Origin: Euglena gracilis
Lineage: Eukaryota
Assembly: GCA_039621445.1 (NCBI GenBank)
Contig: CP154954.1
Location: 17,514,589-17,578,588 of the forward strand
Direction of reading: 5' to 3'
DNA: 64,000 nt
This document shows, piece by piece, positions 46,020 through 58,500 of the stretch. The notes under the pieces were generated by a model, which was given only the letters and a program-made list of their open reading frames with translations, ran no database searches and was not told the origin of the DNA. The position numbers and the translations under genes are program-made. Every line of letters begins with the position of its first letter. Position 1 is the stretch's first letter.

Positions 46020-46203
46020 CATGCGGGTTGGTCACCACATCTCCTCCCCAACCCCCCTTCCCGCCTGGGTCTGGGTCTGTGTCTCTGCGCCCGTGTGCGT
46101 GCGCACCTGTTGTGCTGTGCGATTTCGTGTGCGCTAAAAGCGAAACCAATGCCGACCCCGGCCCAGCCCACACCCCACCCAACCGGGAACAATCCTCCGG
46201 GGG

Positions 46204-46279
46204 GGCAGCTCAGACTTCTCTGAGGTTTGACCATCCATCATGCGATGACTCTGGGGACTTGGGGGTCATCACCGCTGCC
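46204..46279 (-). ncRNA. Box C/D snoRNA candidate 2B (representative copy)
   Basis: Minus strand reads GGCAGC-g-GTGATGA(C)-cccccaagtccc-CAGA(D')-gtcatcgc-ATGATGG(C')-atggtcaaacctcagagaagt-CTGA(D)-GCTGCC. Canonical boxes plus a perfect 6-bp terminal stem. Confidence 0.88.
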
Positions 46280-46440
46280 AGGAGGACACCATCCGTCCGC
46301 CCCCGCCAACACCAATTCAGCAACTGCCCGTCCCCCAACCCTTCGTCCCAGGTTGGGCTCCCTCCAAACCCAGTTTGGCCCGTGTGGACACCCTTTGTTG
46401 ACACCATTGCTGTTCTGCATTCATGTAAACATCCACGTCA

Positions 46441-46504
46441 CAATCTCGCCCCATTTTCCGGCCAGCAGCACCATCGGATTGGCGTGCTGGAGGATATTAA
46501 GGCT
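46441..46504 (-). ncRNA. Single-hairpin AGA-box (H/ACA-like) snoRNA candidate (representative copy)
   Basis: Minus strand reads gcctta-atatcct-ccagca...tgctgg-ccggaaaa-tggggc-g-AGA-ttg. It has a lower stem, an internal pocket, an upper stem, and AGA 15 nt below the upper stem. Folded by eye only. Confidence 0.45.
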
Positions 46505-49500
46505 GCCACCCCCCCCCCCCACATCAACCCACAACCACACAGTGTTTGTGGGTGTGGATGAATATGCTTTTTTGCGTGAAAAAAATCTCACCACCAACAC
46601 GCAGTTGGTGGTGAGCCAACCACCCATGGCCCTGCCTCCTGCTCGCTGGAGTGACTGCGGCCAAAACAGCCGCCATTCCACGCAGCCACACCCCGCGGCC
46701 AGCCCTCTCAACCCCCATTTTCCAGCCAGCAACGTCACCCGTCCAATGCGCAGGCTGTAACAGAAATGGATGGGCCCCAATCAGCCTTGAAAAAAAAATC
46801 ACCTGTCGTGCGGGAACACGACCAAACAGGTGTTCCAGGGGCCTCAGTAGCATCGACCAAGTTGAGATGTGCATCACAGAGCAGAAGACTTGTGGGTTGG
46901 CATCATCGAGCCCCCATGCGGGTTGGTCACCACATCTCCTCCCCAACCCCCCTTCCCGCCTGGGTCTGGGTCTGTGTCTCTGCGCCCGTGTGCGTGCGCA
47001 CCTGTTGTGCTGTGCGATTTCGTGTGCGCTAAAAGCGAAACCAATGCCGACCCCGGCCCAGCCCACACCCCACCCAACCGGGAACAATCCTCCGGGGGGG
47101 CAGCTCAGACTTCTCTGAGGTTTGACCATCCATCATGCGATGACTCTGGGGACTTGGGGGTCATCACCGCTGCCAGGAGGACACCATCCGTCCGCCCCCG
47201 CCAACACCAATTCAGCAACTGCCCGTCCCCCAACCCTTCGTCCCAGGTTGGGCTCCCTCCAAACCCAGTTTGGCCCGTGTGGACACCCTTTGTTGACACC
47301 ATTGCTGTTCTGCATTCATGTAAACATCCACGTCACAATCTCGCCCCATTTTCCGGCCAGCAGCACCATCGGATTGGCGTGCTGGAGGATATTAAGGCTG
47401 CCCCCCCCCCCCCCCCACATCAACCCACAACCACACAGTGTTTGTGGGTGTGGATGAATATGCTTTTTTGCGTGAAAAAATCTCACCACCAACACGCAGT
47501 TGGTGGTGAGCCAACCACCCATGGCCCTGCCTCCTGCTCGCTGGAGTGACTGCGGCCAAAACAGCCGCCATTCCACGCAGCCACACCCCGCGGCCAGCCC
47601 TCTCAACCCCCATTTTCCAGCCAGCAACGTCACCCGTCCAATGCGCAGGCTGTAACAGAAATGGATGGGCCCCAATCAGCCTTGAAAAAAAAAAATCACC
47701 TGTCGTGCGGGAACACGACCAAACAGGTGTTCCAGGGGCCTCAGTAGCATCGACCAAGTTGAGATGTGCATCACAGAGCAGAAGACTTGTGGGTTGGCAT
47801 CATCGAGCCCCCATGCGGGTTGGTCACCACATCTCCTCCCCAACCCCCCTTCCCGCCTGGGTCTGGGTCTGTGTCTCTGCGCCTGTGTGCGTGCGCACCT
47901 GTTGTGCTGTGCGATTTCGTGTGCGCTAAAAGCGAAACCAATGCCGACCCCGGCCCAGCCCACACCCCACCCAACCGGGAACAATCCTCCGGGGGGCAGC
48001 TCAGACTTCTCTGAGGTTTGACCATCCATCATGCGATGACTCTGGGGACTTGGGGGTCATCACCGCTGCCAGGAGGACACCATCCGTCCGCCCCCGCCAA
48101 CACCAATTCAGCAACTGCCCGTCCCCCAACCCTTCGTCCCAGGTTGGGCTCCCTCCAAACCCAGTTTGGCCCGTGTGGACACCCTTTGTTGACACCATTG
48201 CTGTTCTGCATTCATGTAAACATCCACGTCACAATCTCGCCCCATTTTCCGGCCAGCAGCACCATCGGATTGGCGTGCTGGAGGATATTAAGGCTGCCAC
48301 CCCCCCCCCCCCACATCAACCCACAACCACACAGTGTTTGTGGGTGTGGATGAATATGCTTTTTTTCGTGAAAAAAATCTCACCACCAACACGCAGTTGG
48401 TGGTGAGCCAACCACCCATGGCCCTGCCTCCTGCTCGCTGGAGTGACTGCGGCCAAAACAGCCGCCATTCCACGCAGCCACACCCCGCGGCCAGCCCTCT
48501 CAACCCCCATTTTCCAGCCAGCAACGTCACCCGTCCAATGCGCAGGCTGTAACAGAAATGGATGGGCCCCAATCAGCCTTGAAAAAAAAATCACCTGTCG
48601 TGCGGGAACACGACCAAACAGGTGTTCCAGGGGCCTCAGTAGCATCGACCAAGTTGAGATGTGCATCACAGAGCAGAAGACTTGTGGGTTGGCATCATCG
48701 AGCCCCCATGCGGGTTGGTCACCACATCTCCTCCCCAACCCCCCTTCCCGCCTGGGTCTGGGTCTGTGTCTCTGCGCCCGTGTGCGTGCGCACCTGTTGT
48801 GCTGTGCGATTTCGTGTGCGCTAAAAGCGAAACCAATGCCGACCCCGGCCCAGCCCACACCCCACCCAACCGGGAACAATCCTCCGGGGGGCAGCTCAGA
48901 CTTCTCTGAGGTTTGACCATCCATCATGCGATGACTCTGGGGACTTGGGGGTCATCACCGCTGCCAGGAGGACACCATCCGTCCGCCCCCGCCAACACCA
49001 ATTCAGCAACTGCCCGTCCCCCAACCCTTCGTCCCAGGTTGGGCTCCCTCCAAACCCAGTTTGGCCCGTGTGGACACCCTTTGTTGACACCATTGCTGTT
49101 CTGCATTCATGTAAACATCCACGTCACAATCTCGCCCCATTTTCCGTCGGATTGGCGTGCTGGAGGATATTAAGGCTGCCACCCCCCCCCCCCACATCAA
49201 CCCACAACCACACAGTGTTTGTGGGTGTGGATGAATATGCTTTTTTGCGTGAAAAAAATCTCACCACCAACACGCAGTTGGTGGTGAGCCAACCACCCAT
49301 GGCCCTGCCTCCTGCTCGCTGGAGTGACTGCGGCCAAAACAGCCGCCATTCCACGCAGCCACACCCCGCGGCCAGCCCTCTCAACCCCCATTTTCCAGCC
49401 AGCAACGTCACCCGTCCAATGCGCAGGCTGTAACAGAAATGGATGGGCCCCAATCAGCCTTGAAAAAAAAAATCACCTGTCGTGCGGGAACACGACCAAA

Positions 49501-52500
49501 CAGGTGTTCCAGGGGCCTCAGTAGCATCGACCAAGTTGAGATGTGCATCACAGAGCAGAAGACTTGTGGGTTGGCATCATCGAGCCCCCATGCGTGTGGT
49601 CACCTGTTGTGCTGTGCGATTTGGTTTGCGCTAAAAGCGAAACCAATGCCGACCCCGGCCCAGCCCACACCCCACCCAACCGGGAACAATCCTCCGGGGG
49701 GCAGCTCAGACTTCTCTGAGGTTTGACCATCCATCATGCGATGACTCTGGGGACTTGGGGGTCATCACCGCTGCCAGGAGGACACCATCCGTCCGCCCCC
49801 GCCAACACCAATTCAGCAACTGCCCGTCCCCCAACCCTTCGTCCCAGGTTGGGCTCCCTCCAAACCCAGTTTGGCCCGTGTGGACACCCTTTGTTGACAC
49901 CATTGCTGTTCTGCATTCATGTAAACATCCACGTCACAATCTCGCCCCATTTTCCGGCCAGCAGCACCATCGGATTGGCGTGCTGGAGGATATTAAGGCT
50001 GCCACCCCCCCCCCACACCAACCCACAACCACACAATGTCTGTGGGTGTGGATGAATGTGGTTTTTTTGCATGAAAAAATCTCACCACCAACACGCAGTT
50101 GGCGGTGAGCCAACCACCCATGGCCCTGCCTCCTGCTCGCTGCAGTGACTGTGGCCAAAACAGCCGCCATTCCACGCAGCCACACCCCGCGGCCAGCCCT
50201 CTCAACCCCCATTTTCCAGCCAGCAACGTCACCCGTCCAATGCGCAGGCTGTAACAGAAATGGATGGGCCCCAATCAGCCTTGAAAAAAAACCACCTGTC
50301 ATGCAGGAAGACAACCAAACAGGTGTTCCAGGGGCCTCAGTAGCATCGACCAAGTTGAGATGTGCATCACAGAGCAGAAGACTTGTGGGTTGTCATCATC
50401 GAGCCCCCATGCGGGTTGGTCACCACATCTCCTCCCCAACCCCCCTTCCCGCCTGGGTCTGGGTCTGTGTCTCTGCGCCCGTGTGCGTGCGCACCTGTTG
50501 TGCTGTGCGATTTGGTGTGCGCTAAAAGCGAAACCAATGCCGACCCCGGCCCAGCCCACACCCCACCCAACCGGGAACAATCCTCCGGGGGGCAGCTCAG
50601 ACTTCTCTGAGGTTTGACCATCCATCATGCGATGACTCTGGGGACTTGGGGGTCATCACCGCTGCCAGGAGGACACCATCCGTCCGCCCCCGCCAACACC
50701 AATTCAGCAACTGCCCGTCCCCCAACCCTTCGTCCCAGGTTGGGCTCCCTCCAAACCCAGTTTGGCCCGTGTGGACACCCTTTGTTGACACCATTGCTGT
50801 TCTGCATTCATGTAAACATCCACGTCACAATCTCGCCCCATTTTCCGGCCAGCAGCACCATCGGATTGGCGTGCTGGAGGATATTAAGGCTGCCACCCCC
50901 CCCCCACACCAACCCACAACCACACAGTGTTTGTGGGTGTGGAGGAATATGCTTTTTTTTCGTGAAAAAAATCTCACCACCAACACGCAGCTGGTGGTGA
51001 GCCAACCACCCATGGCCCTGCCTCCTGCTCGCTGGAGTGACTGCGGCCAAAACAGCCGCCATTCCACGCAGCCACACCCCGCGGCCAGCCCTCTCAACCC
51101 CCATTTTCCAGCCAGCAACGTCACCCGTCCAATGCGCAGGCTGTAACAGAAATGGATGGGCCCCAATCAGCCTTGAAAAAAAAACCACCTGTTGTGCGGG
51201 AACACGACCAAACAGGTGTTCCAGGGGCCTCAGTAGCATCGACCAAGTTGAGATGTGCATCACAGAGCAGAAGACTTGTGGGTTGGCATCATCGAGCCCC
51301 CATGCGGGTTGGTCACCACACCTCCTCCCCAACCCCCCTTCCCGCCTGGGTCTGGGTCTGTGTCTCTGCGCCTGTGTGCGTGCGCACCTGTTGTGCTGTG
51401 CGATTTCGTGTGCGCTAAAAGCGAAACCAATGCCGACCCCGGCCCAGCCCACACCCCACCCAACCGGGAACAATCCTCCGGGGGGCAGCTCAGACTTCTC
51501 TGAGGTTTGACCATCCATCATGCGATGACTCTGGGGACTTGGGGGTCATCACCGCTGCCAGGAGGACACCATCCGTCCGCCCCCGCCAACACCAATTCAG
51601 CAACTGCCCGTCCCCCAACCCTTCGTCCCAGGTTGGGCTCCCTCCAAACCCAGTTTGGCCCGTGTGGACACCCTTTGTTGACACCATTGCTGTTCTGCAT
51701 TCATGTAAACATCCACGTCACAATCTCGCCCCATTTTCCGGCCAGCAGCACCATCGGATTGGCGTGCTGGAGGATATTAAGGCTGCCACCCCCCCCCCCC
51801 ACATCAACCCACAACCACACAGTGTTTGTGGGTGTGGATGAATATGCTTTTTTGCGTGAAAAAAATCTCACCACCAACACGCAGTTGGTGGTGAGCCAAC
51901 CACCCATGGCCCTGCCTCCTGCTCGCTGGAGTGACTGCGGCCAAAACAGCCGCCATTCCACGCAGCCACACCCCGCGGCCAGCCCTCTCAACCCCCATTT
52001 TCCAGCCAGCAACGTCACCCGTCCAATGCGCAGGCTGTAACAGAAATGGATGGGCCCCAATCAGCCTTGAAAAAAAAATCACCTGTCGTGCGGGAACACG
52101 ACCAAACAGGTGTTCCAGGGGCCTCAGTAGCATCGACCAAGTTGAGATGTGCATCACAGAGCAGAAGACTTGTGGGTTGGCATCATCGAGCCCCCATGCG
52201 GGTTGGTCACCACATTGTGCTGTGCGATTTCGTGTGCGCTAAAAGCGAAACCAATGCCGACCCCGGCCCAGCCCACACCCCACCCAACCGAGAACAATCC
52301 TCCGGGGGGGCAGCTCAGACTTCTCTGAGGTTTGACCATCCATCATGCGATGACTCTGGGGACTTGGGGGTCATCACCGCTGCCAGGAGGACACCATCCG
52401 TCCGCCCCCGCCAACACCAATTCAGCAACTGCCCGTCCCCCAACCCTTCGTCCCAGGTTGGGCTCCCTCCAAACCCAGTTTGGCCCGTGTGGACACCCTT

Positions 52501-55500
52501 TGTTGACACCATTGCTGTTCTGCATTCATGTAAACATCCACGTCACAATCTCGCCCCATTTTCCGGCCAGCAGCACCATCGGATTGGCGTGCTGGAGGAT
52601 ATTAAGGCTGCCACCCCCCCCCCACATCAACCCACAACCACACAGTGTTTGTGGGTGTGGATGAATATGCTTTTTTGCGTGAAAAAATCTCACCACCAAC
52701 ACGCAGTTGGTGGTGAGCCAACCACCCATGGCCCTGCCTCCTGCTCGCTGGAGTGACTGCGGCCAAAACAGCCGCCATTCCACGCAGCCACACCCCGCGG
52801 CCAGCCCTCTCAACCCCCATTTTCCAGCCAGCAACGTCACCCGTCCAATGCGCAGGCTGTAACAGAAATGGATGGGCCCCAAAAAACAAAAAAAAAAAAA
52901 TCACCTGTCGTGCGGGAACACGACCAAACAGGTGTTCCAGGGGCCTCAGTAGCATCGACCAAGTTGAGATGTGCATCACAGAGCAGAAGACTTGTGGGTT
53001 GGCATCATCGAGCCCCCATGCGGATGCGGGTTGGTCACCACATCTCCTCCCCAACCCCCCTTCCCGCCTGGGTCTGGGTCTGTGTCTCTGCGCCCGTGTG
53101 CGTGCGCACCTGTTGTGCTGTGCGATTTCGTGTGCGCTAAAAGCGAAACCAATGCCGACCCCGGCCCAGCCCACAGACCACCAACCCGCGAACAATCCAC
53201 CGGGGGGCAGCTCAGACTTCTCTGAGGTTTGACCATCCATCATGCGATGACTCTGGGGACTTGGGGGTCATCACCGCTGCCAGGAGGACACCATCCGTCC
53301 GCCCCCGCCAACACCACTTCAGCAACTGCCCGTCCCCCAACCCTTCGTCCCAGGTTGGGCTCCCTCCAAACCCCTCCTGGCCCGTGTGGACACCCTTTGT
53401 TGACACCATTGCTGTTCTGCATTCATGTAAACATCCACGTCACAATCTCGCCCCATTTTCCGGCCAGCAGCACCATCGGATTGGCGTGCTGGAGGATATT
53501 AAGGCTGCCACCCCCCCCCCCCACAACCACACAGTGTTTGTGGGTGTGGATGAATATGCTTTTTTGCGTGAAAAAAATCTCACCACCAACACGCAGTTGG
53601 TGGTGAGCCAACCACCCATGGCCCTGCCTCCTGCTCGCTGGAGTGACTGCGGCCAAAACAGCCGCCATTCCACGCAGCCACACCCCGCGGCCAGCCCTCT
53701 CAACCCCCATTTTCCAGCCAGCAACGTCACCCGTCCAATGCGCAGGCTGTACCTCCCCCCCCCAAGCCCAATGAACACTAAGGTGACAATCTAGACGGTC
53801 CGAACGGGGGGCGTTCATTGGACATGGGTGTTCACTAATCCTGTCACCTTCTCAGTGTAGCCTTGAAACGTGCATAAACAGTGCACTCCAGGGCAGAACG
53901 GGAAGGCCTGGTGGGGGGGTCGACCCCCACCCCCCCCCCCCCCCTTCACCGATTTTTGCGCGGGTGTGGTGCGATTTATTTCTTTGGCGCAAAACTGAAA
54001 CCAATGGACCCCAAGGCCCAGCCCACACCCCAAAAACAAAATTTGAGAAAACGTTTGAATATTTGGAGGTGTGAAAAATTGGGGTTTGGGGGGGGGGGGG
54101 ACCCCTATATGGGTCCCAAAATGGGTCACCACCGCGGAATCAGGTCCAAAAAATTGCCCGTGCCCCCAAAATTCAGAGGTTGGGCGACCCCCCCAAACCC
54201 AGTTTGGCCCCCACACATACGGAAGCCTGACTGGAATCAGTACCGTGACCTAAATCAGAATCACTGGCATCCTCACAACAGCAACAAAGGAATATTTCCT
54301 TGCCGACGCAAAAAAAGTATATATGGTGACAATCTACCGAGGGGGGGAAAAATTTCGTGCCAGAGAAATTTTGCGGCGACAAACCACACGCGGTTCCTTT
54401 GTGGAAATATGCGGGATTTTTTTGCTGTGAAAAAATGGCCTGAAAAATACATGGACAAAAACGCGGGAGCCAATGGCCCTGTATTTCGCTGGAGTGACTG
54501 CGGCCAAAACAGCCGCCATTCCGCAGCGCACACCCCCCCCCGGTCTCAACCCCCATTTTCCAGCCAGCAACGTGTCCAATGCGCAGGCTGTAACAGAAAT
54601 GGATGGGCCCCAATCAGCCTTGAAAAAAAAATCACCTGTCGTGCGGGAACACGAACACGAACACGACCAAACAGGTGTTCCAGGGGCCTCAGTAGCATCG
54701 ACCAAGTTGAGATGTGCATCACAAAGCAGAAGACTTGTGGGTTGGCATCATCGAGCCCCCATGCGGGTTGGTCACCACATCTCCTCCCCAACCCCGCTTC
54801 CCGCCTGGGTCTGGGTCTGTGTCTCTGCGCCCGTGTGCGTGCGCACCTGTTGTGCTGTGCGATTTCGTGTGCGCTAAAAGCGAAACCAATGCCGACCCCG
54901 GCCCAGCCCACACCCCACCCAACCGGGAACAATCCTCCGGGGGGGGCAGCTCAGACTTCTCTGAGGTTTGACCATCCATCATGCGATGACTCTGGGGACT
55001 TGGGGGTCATCACCGCTGCCAGGAGGACACCATCCGTCCGCCCCCGCCAACACCAATTCAGCAACTGCCCGTCCCCCAACCCTTCGTCCCAGGTTGGGCT
55101 CCCTCCAAACCCAGTTTGGCCCGTGTGGACACCCTTTGTTGACACCATTGCTGTTCTGCATTCATGTAAACATCCACGTCACAATCTCGCCCCATTTTCC
55201 GGCCAGCAGCACCATCGGATTGGCGTGCTGGAGGATATTAAGGCTGCCACCCCCCCCCCCCACATCAACCCACAACCACACAGTGTTTGTGGGTGTGGAT
55301 GAATATGCTTTTTTGCGTGAAAAAAATCTCACCACCAACACGCAGTTGGTGGTGAGCCAACCACCCATGGCCCTGCCTCCTGCTCGCTGGAGTGACTGCG
55401 GCCAAAACAGCCGCCATTCCACGCAGCCACACCCCGCGGCCAGCCCTCTCAACCCCCATTTTCCAGCCAGCAACGTCACCCGTCCAATGCGCAGGCTGTA

Positions 55501-58500
55501 ACAGAAATGGATGGGCCCCAATCAGCCTTGAAAAAAAATAACCTGTCGTGCGGGAACACGACCAAACAGGTGTTCCAGGGGCCTCAGTAGCATCGACCAA
55601 GTTGAGATGTGCATCACAGAGCAGAAGACTTGTGGGTTGTCATCATCGAGCCCCCATGCGGGTTGGTCACCACATCTCCTCCCCAACCCCCCTTCCCGCC
55701 TGGGTCTGGGTCTGTGTCTCTGCGCCCGTGTGCGTGCGCACCTGTTGTGCTGTGCGATTTCGTGTGCGCTAAAAGCGAAACCAATGCCGACCCCGGCCCA
55801 GCCCACACCCCACCCAACCGGGAACAATCCTGCGGGGGGCAGCTCAGACTTCTCTGAGGTTTGACCATCCATCATGCGATGACTCTGGGGACTTGGGGGT
55901 CATCACCGCTGCCAGGAGGACACCATCCGTCCGCCCCCGCCAACACCAATTCAGCAACTGCCCGTCCCCCAACCCTTCGTCCCAGGTTGGGCTCCCTCCA
56001 AACCCAGTTTGGCCCGTGTAGACACCCTTTGTTGACACCATTGCTGTTCTGCATTCATGTAAACATCCACGTCACAATCTCGCCCCATTTTCCGGCCAGC
56101 AGCACCATCGGATTGGCGTGCTGGAGGATATTAAGGCTGCCACCCCGCCCCCCCCACATCAACCCACAACCACACAGTGTTTGTGGGTGTGGATGAATGT
56201 GCTTTTTTGCGTGAAAAAATCTCACCACCAACACGCAGTTGGTGGTGAGCCAACCACCCATGGCCCTGCCTCCTGCTCGCTGGAGTGACTGCGGCCAAAA
56301 CAGCCGCCATTCCACGCAGCCACACCCCGCGGCCAGCCCTCTCAACCCCCATTTTCCAGCCAGCAACGTCACCCGTCCAATGCGCAGGCTGTAACAGAAA
56401 TGGATGGGCCCCAATCAGCCTTGAAAAAAAAATCACCTGTCGTGCGGGAACACGACCAAACAGGTGTTCCAGGGGCCTCAGTAGCATCGACCAAGTTGAG
56501 ATGTGCATCACAGAGCAGAAGACTTGTGGGTTGGCATCATCGAGCCCCCATGCGGGTTGGTCACCACATCTCCTCCCCAACCCCCCTTCCCGCCTGGGTC
56601 TGGGTCTGTGTCTCTGCGCCCGTGTGCGTGCGCACCTGTTGTGCTGTGCGATTTCGTGTGCGCTAAAAGCGAAACCAATGCCGACCCCGGCCCAGCCCAC
56701 ACCCCACCCAACCGGGAACAATCCTCCGGGGGGCAGCTCAGACTTCTCTGAGGTTTGACCATCCATCATGCGATGACTCTGGGGACTTGGGGGTCATCAC
56801 CGCTGCCAGGAGGACACCATCCGTCCGCCCCCGCCAACACCAATTCAGCAACTGCCCGTCCCCCAACCCTTCGTCCCAGGTTGGGCTCCCTCCAAACCCA
56901 GTTTGGCCCGTGTGGACACCCTTTGTTGACACCATTGCTGTTCTGCATTCATGTAAACATCCACGTCACAATCTCGCCCCATTTTCCGGCCAGCAGCACA
57001 CATCGGATTGGAGTGCTGGAGGATATTAAGGCTTCCACCCCCCCCCCCCACATCAACCCACAACCACACAGTGTTTGTGGGTGTGGATGAATATGCTTTT
57101 TTGCAAAAAAAAAATCTCACCACCAACACGCAGTTGGTGGTGAGCCAACCACCCATGGCCCTGCCTCCTGCTCGCTGGAGTGACTGCGGCCAAAACAGCC
57201 GCCATTCCACGCAGCCACACCCCGCGGCCAGCCCTCTCAACCCCCATTTTCCAGCCAGCAACGTCACCCGTCCAATGCGCAGGCTGTAACAGAAATGGAT
57301 GGGCCCCAATCAACATTAAAAAAAAAATCACCTGTCGTGCGGGAACACGACCAAACAGGTGTTCCAGGGGCCTCAGTAGCATCGACCAAGTTGAGATGTG
57401 CATCACAGAGCAGAAGACTTGTGGGTTGGCATCATCGAGCCCCCATGCGGGTTGGTCACCACATCTCCTCCCCAACCCCGCTTCCCGCCTGGGTCTGGGT
57501 CTGTGTCTCTGCGCCCGTGTGCGTGCGCACCTGTTGTGCTGTGCGATTTCGTGTGCGCTAAAAGCGAAACCAATGCCGACCCCGGCCCAGCCCACACCCC
57601 ACCCAACCGGGAACAATCCTCCGGGGGGCAGCTCAGACTTCTCTGAGGTTTGACCATCCATCATGCGATGACTCTGGGGACTTGGGGGTCATCACCGCTG
57701 CCAGGAGGACACCATCCGTCCGCCCCCGCCAACACCAATTCAGCAACTGCCCGTCCCCCAACCCTTCGTCCCAGGTTGGGCTCCCTCCAAACCCAGTTTG
57801 GCCCGTGTGGACACCCTTTGTTGACACCATTGCTGTTCTGCATTCATGTAAACATCCACGTCACAATCTCGCCCCATTTTCCGGCCAGCAGCACCATCGG
57901 ATTGGCGTGCTGGAGGATATTAAGGCTGCCACCCCCCCCCCCCACACCAACCCACAACCACACAGTGTTTGTGGGTGTGGATGAATATGCTTTTTTTGCG
58001 TGAAAAAATCTCACCACCAACACGCAATTGGTGGTGAGCCAACCACCCATGGCCCTGCCTCCTGCTCGCTGGAGTGACTGCGGCCAAAACAGCCGCCATT
58101 CCACGCAGCCACACCCCGCGGCCAGCCCTCTCAACCCCCATTTTCCAGCCAGCAACGTCACCCGTCCAATGCGCAGGCTGTAACAGAAATGGATGGGCCC
58201 CAATCAGCCTTGAAAAAAAATCAACTGTGCGGGAACACGACCAAACAGGTGTTCCAGGGGCCTCAGTAGCATCGACCAAGTTGAGATGTGCATCACAGAG
58301 CAGAAGACTTGTGGGTTGGCATCATCGAGCCCCCATGCGGGTTGGTCACCACATCTCCTCCCCAACCCCCCTTCCCGCCTGGGTCTGGGTCTGTGTCTCT
58401 GCGCCTGTGTGTGTGCGCACCTGTTGTGCTGTGCGATTTCGTGTGCGCTAAAAGCGAAACCAATGCCGACCCCGGCCCAGCCCACACCCCACCCAACCGG

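Noticed and set aside
53881-55302. 473-aa ORF, the longest in the track
   Set aside because: It arises from garbled MITE/array consensus and runs through several frames seen separately in other units.
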